Source: Paraspadella gotoi (Eukaryota; Animalia; Chaetognatha). Taken from it: 64,000 nucleotides of DNA. A model generated the notes under the pieces. That model did no database searches, was not told the DNA's origin, and worked only from the letters and a program-made list of their open reading frames with translations. Made by a program: the position numbers and the translations under genes. The stretch covers positions 23,752,146 through 23,816,145 of the forward strand of contig CM119266.1 of the NCBI GenBank assembly GCA_051294375.1. Reading direction: 5' to 3'. Below are positions 42,605-54,635 of the stretch, one piece after another (position 1 is the first letter of the stretch; each line of letters begins with the position of its first letter).

Positions 42605-43280
42605 CGGGTGGGGAGAGGGAACTGACGGAACCGGATTATCTCTGACTTAAAAATATTTTTAATCTCTTCTTTATATGTTTTTAAATATCCTTCTCAAGAA
42701 ATTTTGATCCAGTCTTTCATACTCTTGCCGTAGCGTCGTTTTATTGGTTATTTTACATTTTACTTGTTACCCAATTAGTATTGGGCATTTTACCCATTAT
42801 CTCTTGAAATAAAGTGATTTTTCGGTATTTAAGATTTTACTGAATGACAGCTCCAATCTTAGTTAAAATTAACAAAACAGGTTTAGAACTGGCGGTTTCT
42901 GAAAACCAACTTCATGAAATCGTGTTTTTTGACCTTAAAAACATATAAAAATACAGCTAAGACTAATAAAGCAAAGAAACGAAATATTATAAGGTATTAC
43001 AATAATATATAAAGTTAAATTGGCAAGGTTTAACCAACGGCTTTCTTTTCTTTTTCGAGGTTTTTAAAACTTGAAAATTTTTTTAGCAAAAAAATAGAAG
43101 CCAGAACAGTGCTCCGCTGCTGTGTGATGGCTCAGCCTAACCCGACTGAGCTTAATTAAGAGACTGAACTTTTTTATGGTTCCGAAGCTGATGACTCCGA
43201 GACTCCGAGGGACGAAATTCACGTGTTTTTTTTTTCTTTTTTCAAATTTTTTTTTGGAAGAGGTGACGTAAGCGGCACAG

Positions 43281-43426
43281 GAGCAGGTGCCCTCAGAACG
43301 AACATGTGTTCGTGAGAGAGGCGTTTCTCCCGTCCTTTTTCGAAAAGGGGAAAAGAACAGAATGGAGAAAAAAAAACCTCTCCCGTTTTAAACCGACACA
43401 TGCTCGGCTCTACAGGGTAAATGCTC
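43281..43426 (-). ncRNA. mir-10: miR-10-family microRNA precursor (miR-57/miR-10/miR-993-like); predicted 5p mature 43419-43398, UACCCUGUAGAGCCGAGCAUGU
   Basis: The 5' end UACCCUGUAGA is identical to miR-10 and miR-57. It pairs with ACACAUGUUCGUUCUGAGGGCA (43309-43288) through Watson-Crick and G-U pairs with two single-base bulges and one mismatch. Basal stem GAGCA/UGCUC. It is on the same strand as the Hox gene. Confidence 0.85.
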
Positions 43427-44456
43427 GGCTGGCGAAAAAAAAATCTCTTTTCAGTTCTCGCGCTTTTTGTTTTCTTGACGTTTATTTTAGGCATTTTTCT
43501 TTGATTTCGTCGTTGTTGTTGTTGTTTTGATCGTTCGCAATGGAATTTTAAGAATGGAGACGAGCGATAAAAGGGTTAAAAAGAGAGAGAGAGAGAGGGA
43601 GAGAGAAAAATTGGATGTGAATCGAGGATTTTCGTCGACGTGGCCGTCGCCATTTTCTCATTCGTCGGCGTCGTCGTCATCGTCGTCGTCGCCTCTTTTG
43701 TCGTCGCGGTTTTTAGGGTCGCATTCCACATTTTCGCCATTCCGCAGTTGGACACCACAAGCGAGAGCGAGAGCGAGAGAGAGAAGGAGCCAGAGAGAGA
43801 GAGAGAGAGATACGACGTCGATGAGCGCGAAAACCGCATGAAGACGACCACGACGACGACGATGGCGACGATGGCGACGAGGGCGAAGTGTTGACAAGCG
43901 GAAGGCGAAGAAAAGTTCATTGGCCGTCCGCGAATTATCGGGGTGAGGAGTGAAGCTTTTTTTAGGGGAAGTGGAGTAAGTGAAGTGAAATGCGCATAGC
44001 GTGAAGATCGCGGCAGTGTGAATCTAGTTGCAAAATCAACTGTGATAGAAAGAGGGCGAGCTACGTCAGCGATGATGTTAATGAATCCAGTGGCAGGTTG
44101 TGCAACTGATATGAGTAACCACGAGATAATGGCGCCCGAAACGGGTAGAGAATACCAGATGAAAAGGAAAGGGAGGAGAGGAAAGAAAGAGAGAAAAGAA
44201 AAATAAAAGACAAATAAAGAGTAAAATTACATTAGTAAATAAAAGACTCAACGGTGTTTTAGGTCGGAAGGTGACTGGAAAATAACAAAAGGCTTGTGAA
44301 GTGAGAGAGAGAAAGGGAGAAAGAGAGACAAAGAAAGAAAGAGAGAGAGAGAGAGACGCTGTTGCATCACGACGAGAAAGAGCGTGGATTGCAGATGGAA
44401 CCAAAGGATCAGGTGTTTAGAAGAAGAATGAGAAAGAGAGGTTGGGAGAGGGGAGA

Positions 44457-44497
<41 letters not shown>

Positions 44498-45932
44498 CAG
44501 AAAGAAGGCGATGAAAAGGAGACCAGCGGAGCCCAAGAAGGAGGTCAGAACACGCCGCAGAAAAGATAGGAAAAGATAATGAGGAGAAAAGGAATAAAAT
44601 ATAAAAGGGAGCGAGAACGAAGAATACAAAAGAAAGGGGACGAAGAAAAGAAAAAAGACCCCCGGTCGGTCGTGTCCGGATAGCGTTGGAACTATCGTCG
44701 TCATCGTCGTCATCTTCGTCGTCGTCGTCATCTGGATAAATGTCATCGTCTTCTATTTTTTTTCGCTAATATTTCGATGTAATTGTTGTTAGCGTAGCAT
44801 ACATCTAAGTTTTAGTTATAGATAAATTATAGTTATTCATTTTGTCCCATTTTAAGGATGTGATCGTCGTCATGATCTTTATCGGTGTCTGCTTTTTCGT
44901 CGTCTTCGTCGTTTTCATTGTCACCTCTTCGTCATCATCGTCGTCGTCGTCATCGTTTCTGTTGGCGTCATCCTCGTCGGTTGTTGTCGACTTGCCGACG
45001 CTCGGGGGTGATTAGAGCGGCGTCGGCGGCGTCGGCGGCAGCGTCGGCGGCGTCAGAATCAGGGGCGGCGTCGGCCTTTCAGGTTCGCGCGTCTGAAAAG
45101 TGGAGGTGGGGTGAAGGGAGAGGCGTGGCGGTGACGGGGCGGTTGGGAGGGCGTCGACCGTCGGCGGGAGGCGACGAAAACACAATGCGAGGAGAGACCA
45201 AAGGAGCCAAGATTCTTTCCCCGAATTCTCTTACTTGCAAAAATATCAGCAGTGCACACCAATATACTATTCAACTTACTTAACAATCAATCGTTAAACT
45301 CGCTCAGTTATTTCCCTCCACCTCATTGAGGTCCTCACTGAGGTCCTCACTGATGTCCTCAGCCGACAACATTCTACCAATTCATTCCCCAAACTGAACC
45401 TTTAAATAAACCGCCACCCCATCACATAATATATATTAAATAATATAGGTTAGATAGTAAAGCCTTGAACATTGATATTAAAATGGTTGGACCAATTTGA
45501 TAAAATATAAAAATAGAAAATGGCGAAATGAGTAATTTTTTTTTCCAAATTTTCTAACATTCTACCATTCTCTCTCCGCTTTCTCGACTCATCCCCCTTT
45601 TCAGATTTCCCGACTTTTTCCTTCATTTTCTCACTCAATTCTTGTCTTCAGGAAGAATTACTTTTTTTTTTAGTGGCCCAACTGTAAAAGTTACAATGAT
45701 TCCTCCCACATTTCCGACTCTTGAATGTGGAGCCGATTTGTCGATTCCTCGACGTTAACGAGGCGCCCACGGACCCCCTGTCGCTCCTACCCTGGCTCAA
45801 GTCTGCCTCCCCAGGTCCCCCTACAACCTCACTCCCAGCGCCGTTCGTTCCCGCCCGCAACATTCGGTCCCCCCCCCTAAGAGACGCGGTTACCATGGTG
45901 ATCCGTGTTGAGACGAACGCCGAAAGGGGGGC

Positions 45933-45976
<44 letters not shown>

Positions 45977-46177
45977 GGATTTTGCGACGAAAAAAATTAC
46001 AAAACATTCGTGAAAAAAAACTCGCACATGTCGAAATATTAAGTATTTTAAGGTGATGATCGCATTTTTGCGCGAGTGAGACGGCTGGTTGTCTCACTCT
46101 CACTCGCTATATCTCGCTCTCAGTTCTTGCGGCGCCGCTTGTTGTCTTTCCCTCCTCACTGCTGTTGCCAGTGCAGT

Positions 46178-46273
<96 letters not shown>

Positions 46274-46668
46274 CAGCACTGGTGACGTGTGCGCTCGCAT
46301 TCCGCCTGTCGGGTGGAAGAGCAGAATGACGCGTTGAGTGGATGGAGGAGGAAGAGCGCCGGAAAGAGATGGGGAGGAGATTGAATGTAGTTGTAAACGG
46401 AATCTGCAATGAGAGCAGAGGAAAGAAAAGAAAAACATTGGGGAGGAACGAGAGCGAATAACGACCACGAGATTATGTAAGATAAATTTGTGGATGATTT
46501 AATCCGTTTATCTTCATCCGTTTGTTTTTAACTTTTTTTATAATCTTTAATGGCTTAGCAGGTTTGTTAAGATTCTTTTACCATAACTGATAAACTAGAG
46601 TTTAAAAATAAGGGGGAAAGGGAAGATAGAAAGGTGGTACAGGAGAGACGAGGGGGAGAGCAAGAGAG

Positions 46669-46750
<82 letters not shown>

Positions 46751-47807
46751 AAAGCGTCTTAAAGGTCACCCCTAAACTCTTGAGGCTGAAATGAGATAAA
46801 CTCGGCAAGAGAATGTGGTCCTGGGAAAATAACACGAGAAAGACAGAAAGATAAATGTTTTTTTTCGTGAGAGGGAAAAGAAATAGATGCAAGAGAGTGA
46901 TTAAAAAACTAGAGCATCTTACAATGCTAAATAATCCTTAAAATAAAGTTTAAAATGCTGAAGAACTAAACTTAACAACTGAAAAAAATATAAGGGGATT
47001 TATCTTTGTTTTTCGTTATTGGAGTCACCGTTTGCGATATTCTTTCTGGATTGAAGTGGTTAAATCTTTGGTTTTTCGGGGTTTTTTTTCTGGTTGCGGT
47101 TTATCCATAATTTGAACGTTTGATTTTCGACGTGGGAGACGTCCGAAAGTTCGATTAAAATAATCAGAAATAAATGGGTCGAAGATGTAATCGAATCGCA
47201 GAGATATTTTTCAGTTTAAACTTTTTTAAAAGTTCAAGTAATTCTAAAAACTTGTAAAGAACAGCATGGCCGTGTTTTGTTTAGCAAGACGATTATTTTG
47301 TACAATTGTACAAACATATACTTCCGATAAAGACGAAAAAAAAAATAAAACGAGTCTTCGCCAAAACTAACCCGAAGCATTAGAGATGAAAAAAATTAAA
47401 AAACACGCACGTACACTCAGCAAAAAAAAGGCAGAGAAAGAGAGAAAAGGCGAGAGGACCAGATTTGGAAACAGTCGAGAGAGGCGGCAGGACGCGTCTT
47501 CGCGCCTTTTTTTCGGTTTCGGTTCTCAAGAATAAGTTTCACAGAAACCACAAGAAAAATTTTTTAACAAGATCGGACCATAAAATATTTCTGAAAATGT
47601 AATAAGATGTTTTTTATTTTTAAATGGAGATACTCGAAATATTATCTCAATTTTAAATTCTAATAACTATTCTCTAATCACTTCTTACAATTTTATCAGA
47701 CAACGTCAAAACTGGAACGATATTTAAAAATCCGAATTTACAAAGCGTTAAAGATTCAACTGGGCCGGACTTCGCTCGAACGTGACAATTTTCTCTAAAA
47801 AACGAAA

Positions 47808-50443
47808 ATGATTAAAGCAGCGATAAAAAGGAGAAAATTGAATCTTCTCAACTTAAAATAAACAGTTTTTTCTCTCGAGGCAAACGGGTCGAGATCAACG
47901 AGCAGATGGGCGACGCAGCGACGAAATTAGCGAGAATAATAATAATAAAACAATAAGAACAACAACAACAACGAAAACATAGACGGCGACGGATCTCATG
48001 GATCTTCGGAACCTGCCGTCGAAAGTCCTCAAACCTCTCGCTCCGAGATTGCCGCAGAATCTTCCGACGCGAGCGACGAAACTCCTCGTCCGTCCGAATC
48101 GTCGCCCGTGCCGACGGCAGACTCGGAAGCGGAGCGTATTCGACAGGGCGCGCTCAATCAGCTGGCGCGCTCGAGGCATCACCGTCGACAGTTGCTGGCA
48201 AAGCTGCAAAAGAAAAGGAGTGTGGCGAAGGCGTCGACGGGGATGTCGAAGGTCGCGGGGACGAAGGAGAGAGAGACGACGGAGGGGAGGCTGCCAAAGG
48301 TGGATCTCGAGTTCAGAAAAGCAGCCGCTCTCACAGCAGCCGCCGCTGCCAAGCGCCCGTCGACTCCTCTGCGCCACCTCGAAAAGCTGCAAAGACGTGC
48401 AGTGATCACGTGACTTCTTCCAGACTCCCGTCGTCGGAAGCGGCGACGAATTCACCGTCGGAGTTCAATGGCGAAGATCAGAGTCAAACCTCCAACGCTA
48501 AAACCCTAACTGTAAAAGATCTGCCCGTCAAGCAAGCAAAGAAAGCGTCTTCCTCCCTAACACCGGCTTCCATCAAAAGAGAATCGAATTCAAATATCAT
48601 CCGGAAGAAACCGAGAACGAATCCACCAAGACAACTGCAAAGGCGACTTTAAAGATACGATGAAGACTACTAAGGCGAAGCTACCGACGACAACGATGCG
48701 GAAGCCTAAAGGAAGCGAGACCCTGGCAGCGATTGTCAAGAAGGAAAGAATGAGAGACTTTGTGAACGAAGAAGATGACGAAAAACGACGACGAAAACGA
48801 CGATATCGACGACGAAATTGACGAGGAAAACGACGACGAAGACGAAATAAACGAGCGGCTAAAGAATCTCAAAAGCGAGAAAGTCACTCAGTCCAACGTG
48901 ACTAAAAGAAAACGAAAAAGAAGATTCCCGTAATTAAATTCGAGCCGAGATTCGTGGACGAGGGCGACGACGACATTGAGGAGGTCGTTCCGCAGAAGAG
49001 GAAACGGAAGCAGTCGCTGACGCCGGTTTCCAAGGCAACGCTGAAGAAGATGAAACGCGAGCGGAAATCGATCCAAGCTGACGCAGAGGACGAAGATGCC
49101 GCAACCGATGACTACATGGACAGCGAAATCACGCCGAAGGCACGGTCCCCGAAATCTAAGAAGAACTTGTCGGACGAGGAGCCATTAAAACTCAATCTTC
49201 TAGACGACGACTCATCCTCTAAAGCCTCGTCCACGAGAAGAAGCGTCGCGCTGACGGTGTCCATTTCTCCGGTGGATGACCGAGACTGGCGCATTTTCGG
49301 AAGCGGGTCGCCGAGAACAACTTCGGGTGCTGCAAAGAGGAAAGGGGACGATTCCAACGCCTCGTCGACTCCAAAGAGGCGGATGTCAGTTTCGTCTCAA
49401 ACTATGACCCATTCCGAGAAGAAGACGAAGATGACACGAAAACGACGACGACCCCAAAGACAAAGAGGCCCAAGGGAGAACGTCTCTTCCAACGAAACTC
49501 TCATCTCCGACCTTGATACCTCAGCGACGCGTCTCTTTCGCCCAACAACGATACGATCAAACAAAGGACTGTCAAAATGACCATAACTCTATCGCCCCTC
49601 GGTCTCCGTGGGGCGCGGACGTGAAGAACAAGATGCTGCAGCTCAAAACAACGTCGACCAAATCCGCCGGCGTCCGAGGATCTCGAGGCTTCAACGATTC
49701 CACGACGCGCTGGTGGAAGAGCTACATCTTGAAGGACATCAAATTGTACCGGTTGCCCTTTGTCAAGATTCGGAGATGCGAAGCCAAGGTCGTCGTTGAA
49801 AGTGGGCGTGGTCGATTGTCGGAAGATGAGCATGACCCGAGATCTTCCTTTGAGATGCCATCTACGAAGTTAACCGCGGCGTCGAAAAAGTCTACAAAGG
49901 CGCCCAGAAAATCGTCGCCAAAAACGACGCCGAATTCGACGAAAACTCTGACACAGACGACGACGACGACGAAGAAAACAAAAGAACCTAGAAGTAAAAT
50001 CAATTCGGCATCACTACCAAACACTTCGACGCGTCCTCGAAGAAATGATGATGATGACTCGCCCTCCAATCGCCTTTCCGGTTCCGAGAGAATTCAATCG
50101 ACTACAACAGCTCCGTTACGAGATACCGAATCAATTGCTGCTCCCGCTGCGGAACCTGCTGCCGCACCTGCTGCCGCACCTGCTGCCGCAGCCAACTTCT
50201 CCGCGTCCTCCCGCACCTTCTCCCTCGCCTCCTCCAGCGTCACCACCCGAAAGCAGCGAAGACGACGACGACGACGACGACGACGAGCTCGAGCTTCTCC
50301 GCGTCGTTTTGTCCAAAGATCGACTCAAGGTTAAATGTCAAGTCTGCGACGAGACGCTCAAGCGATGCCGGGACTTTAACGCGGACGACGTTCTCTCTGG
50401 CGTCACGGCCCACGTCATGGAACACGCGCGGACGCTGGGGTAG
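47808..50443 (+). pseudogene. Frameshifted second copy of the 875-aa gene (probably a haplotype or long-read artefact)
   Basis: Colinear with 39977-42604 and broken into several ORF fragments by 1-bp indels. It also carries an in-frame 15-bp insertion (SEAAT, about 48431) and different Asp and Ala-Pro repeat counts. Confidence 0.7.
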
Positions 50444-51115
50444 CGGGTGGGGAGAGGGAACTGACGGAACCGGATTATCTCTGACTTAAAAATATTTTTA
50501 ATCTCTTCTTTATATGTTTTTAAATATCCTTCTCAAGAAATTTTGATCCAGTCTTTCATACTCTTGCCGTAGCGTCGTTTTATTGGTTATTTTACATTTT
50601 ACTTGTTACCCAATTAGTATTGGGCATTTTACCCATTATCTCTTGAAATAAAGTGATTTTTCGGTATTTAAGATTTTACTGAATGACAGCTCCAATCTTA
50701 GTTAAAATTAACAAACAGGTTTAGAACTGGCGGTTTCTGAAAACCAACTTCATGAAATCGTGTTTTTTGACCTTAAAAACATATAAAAATACAGCTAAGA
50801 CTAATAAAGCAAAGAAACGAAATATTATAAGGTATTACAATAATATAAGTTAAATAGGCAAGGTTTAACCAACGGCTTTCTTTTCTTTTTCGAGGTTTTT
50901 AAAACTTGAAAATTTTTTAGCAAAAAAATAGAAGCCAGAACAGTGCTCCGCTGCTGTGTGATGGCTCAGCCTAACCCGACTGAGCTTAATTAAGAGACTG
51001 AACTTTTTTATGGTTCCGAAGCTGATGACTCCGAGACTCCGAGGGACGAAATTCACGTGTTTTTTTTTTCTTTTGTCAATTTTTTTTTTTGGAAGAGGTG
51101 ACGTAAGCGGCACAG

Positions 51116-51261
51116 GAGCAGGTGCCCTCAGAACGAACATGTGTTCGTGAGAGAGGCGTTTCTCCCGTCCTTTTTCGAAAAGGGGAAAAGAACAGAATGG
51201 AGAAAAAAAAACCTCTCCCGTTTTAAACCGACACATGCTCGGCTCTACAGGGTAAATGCTC
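51116..51261 (-). ncRNA. mir-10: Second copy of the miR-10-family precursor in the duplicated block (mature 51254-51233)
   Basis: Same mature, star and inner-stem sequences as 43281-43426. It lies in duplicate block 47495-55369, so it may not be a separate locus. Confidence 0.6.
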
Positions 51262-52313
51262 GGCTGGCGAAAAAAAAATTCTTTTCAATTCTCGCGCTTT
51301 TTGTTTTCTTGACGTTATTTTAGGCATTTTTCTTTGATTTCGTCGTTGTTGTTGTTGTTTTGATCGTTCGCAATGGAATTTTAAGAATGGAGACGAGCGA
51401 TAAAAGGGTTAAAAAGAGAGAGAGAGAGAGAGGGAGAGAGAAAAATTGGATGTGAATCGAGGATTTTCGTCGACGTGGCCGTCGCCATTTTCTCATTCGT
51501 CGGCGTCGTCGTCATCGTCGTCGTCGCCTCTTTTGTCGTCGCGGTTTTTAGGTCGCATTCCACATTTTCGCCATTCCGCAGTTGGACACCACAAGCGAGA
51601 GCGAGAGCGAGAGAGAGAAAGGAGCCAGAGAGAGAGAGAGAGAGATACGACGTCGATGAGCGCGAAAACCGCATGAAGACGACCACGACGACGACGATGG
51701 GACGATGGCGACGAGGGCGAAGTGTTGACAAGCGGAAGGCGAAGAAAAGTTCATTGGCCGTCCGCGAATTATCGGGGTGAGGAGTGAAGCTTTTTTTAGG
51801 GGAAGTGGAGTAAGTGAAGTGAAATGCGCATAGCGTGAAGATCGCGGCAGTGTGAATCTAGTTGCAAAATCAACTGTGATAGAAAGAGGGCGAGCTACGT
51901 CAGCGATGATGTTAATGAATCCAGTGGCAGGTTGTGAAACTGATATGAGTAACCACGAGATAATGGCGCCCGAAACGGGTAGAAAAATACCAGATGAAAA
52001 GGAAAGGGAGGAGAGGAAAGAAAGAGAGAAAAGAAAAATAAAAGACAAATAAAGAGTAAAATTACATTAGTAAATAAAAGACTCAACGGTGTTTTAGGTC
52101 GGAAGGTGACTGGAAAATAACAAAAGGCTTGTGAAGTGAGAGAGAGAAAGGGAGAAAGAGAGACAAAGAAAGAAAGAGAGAAGAGAGACAAAGAAAGAAA
52201 GAGAGAGAGAGAGAGACGCTGTTGCATCACGACGAGAAAGAGCGTGGATTGCAGATGGAACCAAAGGATCAGGTGTTTAGAAGAAGAATGAGAAAGAGAG
52301 GTTGGGAGAGGGG

Positions 52314-52383
<70 letters not shown>

Positions 52384-53815
52384 GAGAGAGACAGAGAGAG
52401 AGCAGAAAGAAGGCGATGAAAAGGAGACCAGCGGAGCCCAAGAAGGAGGTCAGAACACGCCGCAGAAAAGATAGGAAAAGATAATGAGGAGAAAAGGAAT
52501 AAAATAAAAAAGGGAGCGAGAACGAAGAATACAAAGAAAGGGGACGAAGAAAAGAAAAAAGACCCCCGGTCGGTCGTGTCCGGATAGCGTTGGAACTATC
52601 GTCGTCATCGTCGTCATCTTCGTCGTCGTCGTCATCTGGATAAATGTCATCGTCTTCTATTTTTTTCGCTAATATTTCGATGTAATTGTTGTTAGCGTAG
52701 CATACATCTAAGTTTTAGTTATAGATAAATTATAGTTATTCATTTTGTCCCATTTTAAGGATGTGATCGTCGTCATGATCTTTATCGGTGTCTGCTTTTT
52801 CGTCGTCTTCGTCGTTTTCATTGTCACCTCTTCGTCATCATCGTCGTCCTTCGTCATCGTTTCTGTTGGCGTCATCCTCGTCGGTTGTTGTCGACTTGCC
52901 GACGCTCGGGGGTGATTAGAGCGGCGTCGGCGGCGTCGCGGCAGCGTCGGCGGCGTCAGAATCAGGGCGGCGTCGGCCTTTCAGGTTCGCGCGTCTGAAA
53001 AGTGGAGGTGGGGTGAAGGGAGAGGCGTGGCGGTGACGGGGCGGTTGGGAGGCGTCGACCGTCGGCGGGAGGCGACGAAAACACAATGCGAGGAGAGACC
53101 AAAGGAGCCAAGATTCTTTCCCGAATTCTCTTACTTGCAAAAATATCAGCAGTGCACACCAATATACTATTCAACTTACTCACAGTCAATCGTTAAACTC
53201 GCTCAGTTATTTCCCTCCACCTCATTGAGTCCTCACTGATCACGATTCTCAGCCGACACATTCACAATTCTTCCCCAAACGGAACCTTTAAATAAACCGC
53301 CACACCATCCATAATATATATTAAATAATATAGGTTAGATAGTAAAGCCTTGAACATTGATATTAAAATGGTTGGACCAATTTGATAAAATATAAAAATA
53401 GAAAATGGCGAAATGAGTAATTTTTTTTTCCAAATTTTCTAACATTCTACCATTCTCTCTCCGCTTTCTCGACTCATCCCCTTTTCAGATTTCCCGACTT
53501 TTTCCTTCATTTTCTCACTCAATTCTTGTCTTCAGGAAGAATTACTTTTTTTTTTAGTGGCCCAACTGTAAAAGTTACAATGATTCCTCCCACATTTCCG
53601 ACTCTTGAATGTGGAGCCGATTTGTCGATTCCTCGACGTTAACGGGCGCCCACGGACCCCCTGTCGCTCCTACCCTGGCTCAAGTCTGCCTCCCCAGGTC
53701 CCCCTACAACCTCACTCCCAGCGCCGTTCGTTCCCGCCCGCAACATTCGGTCCCCCCCCCTAAGAGACGCGGTTACCATGGTGATCCGTGTTGAGACGAA
53801 CGCCGAAAGGGGGGC

Positions 53816-53859
<44 letters not shown>

Positions 53860-54061
53860 GGATTTTGCGACGAAAAAAATTACAAAACATTCGTGAAAAA
53901 AAACTCGCACATGTCGAAATATTAAGTATTTTAAGGTGATGATCGCATTTTTTGCGCGAGTGAGACGGCTGGTTGTCTCACTCTCACTCGCTATATCTCG
54001 CTCTCAGTTCTTGCGGCGCCGCTTGTTGTCTTTCCCTCCTCACTGCTGTTGCCAGTGCAGT

Positions 54062-54156
<95 letters not shown>

Positions 54157-54553
54157 CAGCACTGGTGACGTGTGCGCTCGCATTCCGCCTGTCGGGTGGA
54201 AGAGCAGAATGACGCGTTGAGTGGATGGAGGAGGAAGAGCGCCGGAAAGAGATGGGGAGGAGATTGAATGTAGTTGTAAACGGAATCTGCAATGAGAGCA
54301 GAGGAAAGAAAAGAAAAACATTGGGGAGGAACGAGAGCGAATAACGACCACGAGATTATGTAAGATAAATTTGTGGATGATTTAATCCGTTTATCTTCAT
54401 CCGTTTGTTTTTAACTTTTTTTATAATCTTTAATTGGCTTAGCAGGTTTGTTAAGATTCTTTTACCATAACTGATAACTAGAGTTTAAAAATAAGGGGGA
54501 AAGGGAAGATAGAAAGGTGGTACAGGGAGAGACAAGGGGGGAGAGCAAGAGAG

Positions 54554-54635
<82 letters not shown>

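Noticed and set aside
43188-43225. Hammerhead-ribozyme-like CTGATGA...GAAA (ctgatgactccgagactccgagggacgaaa)
   Set aside because: The stem II closing pair would be C-C rather than G-C, and no stem I/III with an NUH cleavage triplet could be built.
46071-46108. Small hairpin gcgagtgaga..tctcactcgc
   Set aside because: Too short for a pre-miRNA and partly explained by GA/CT low complexity.
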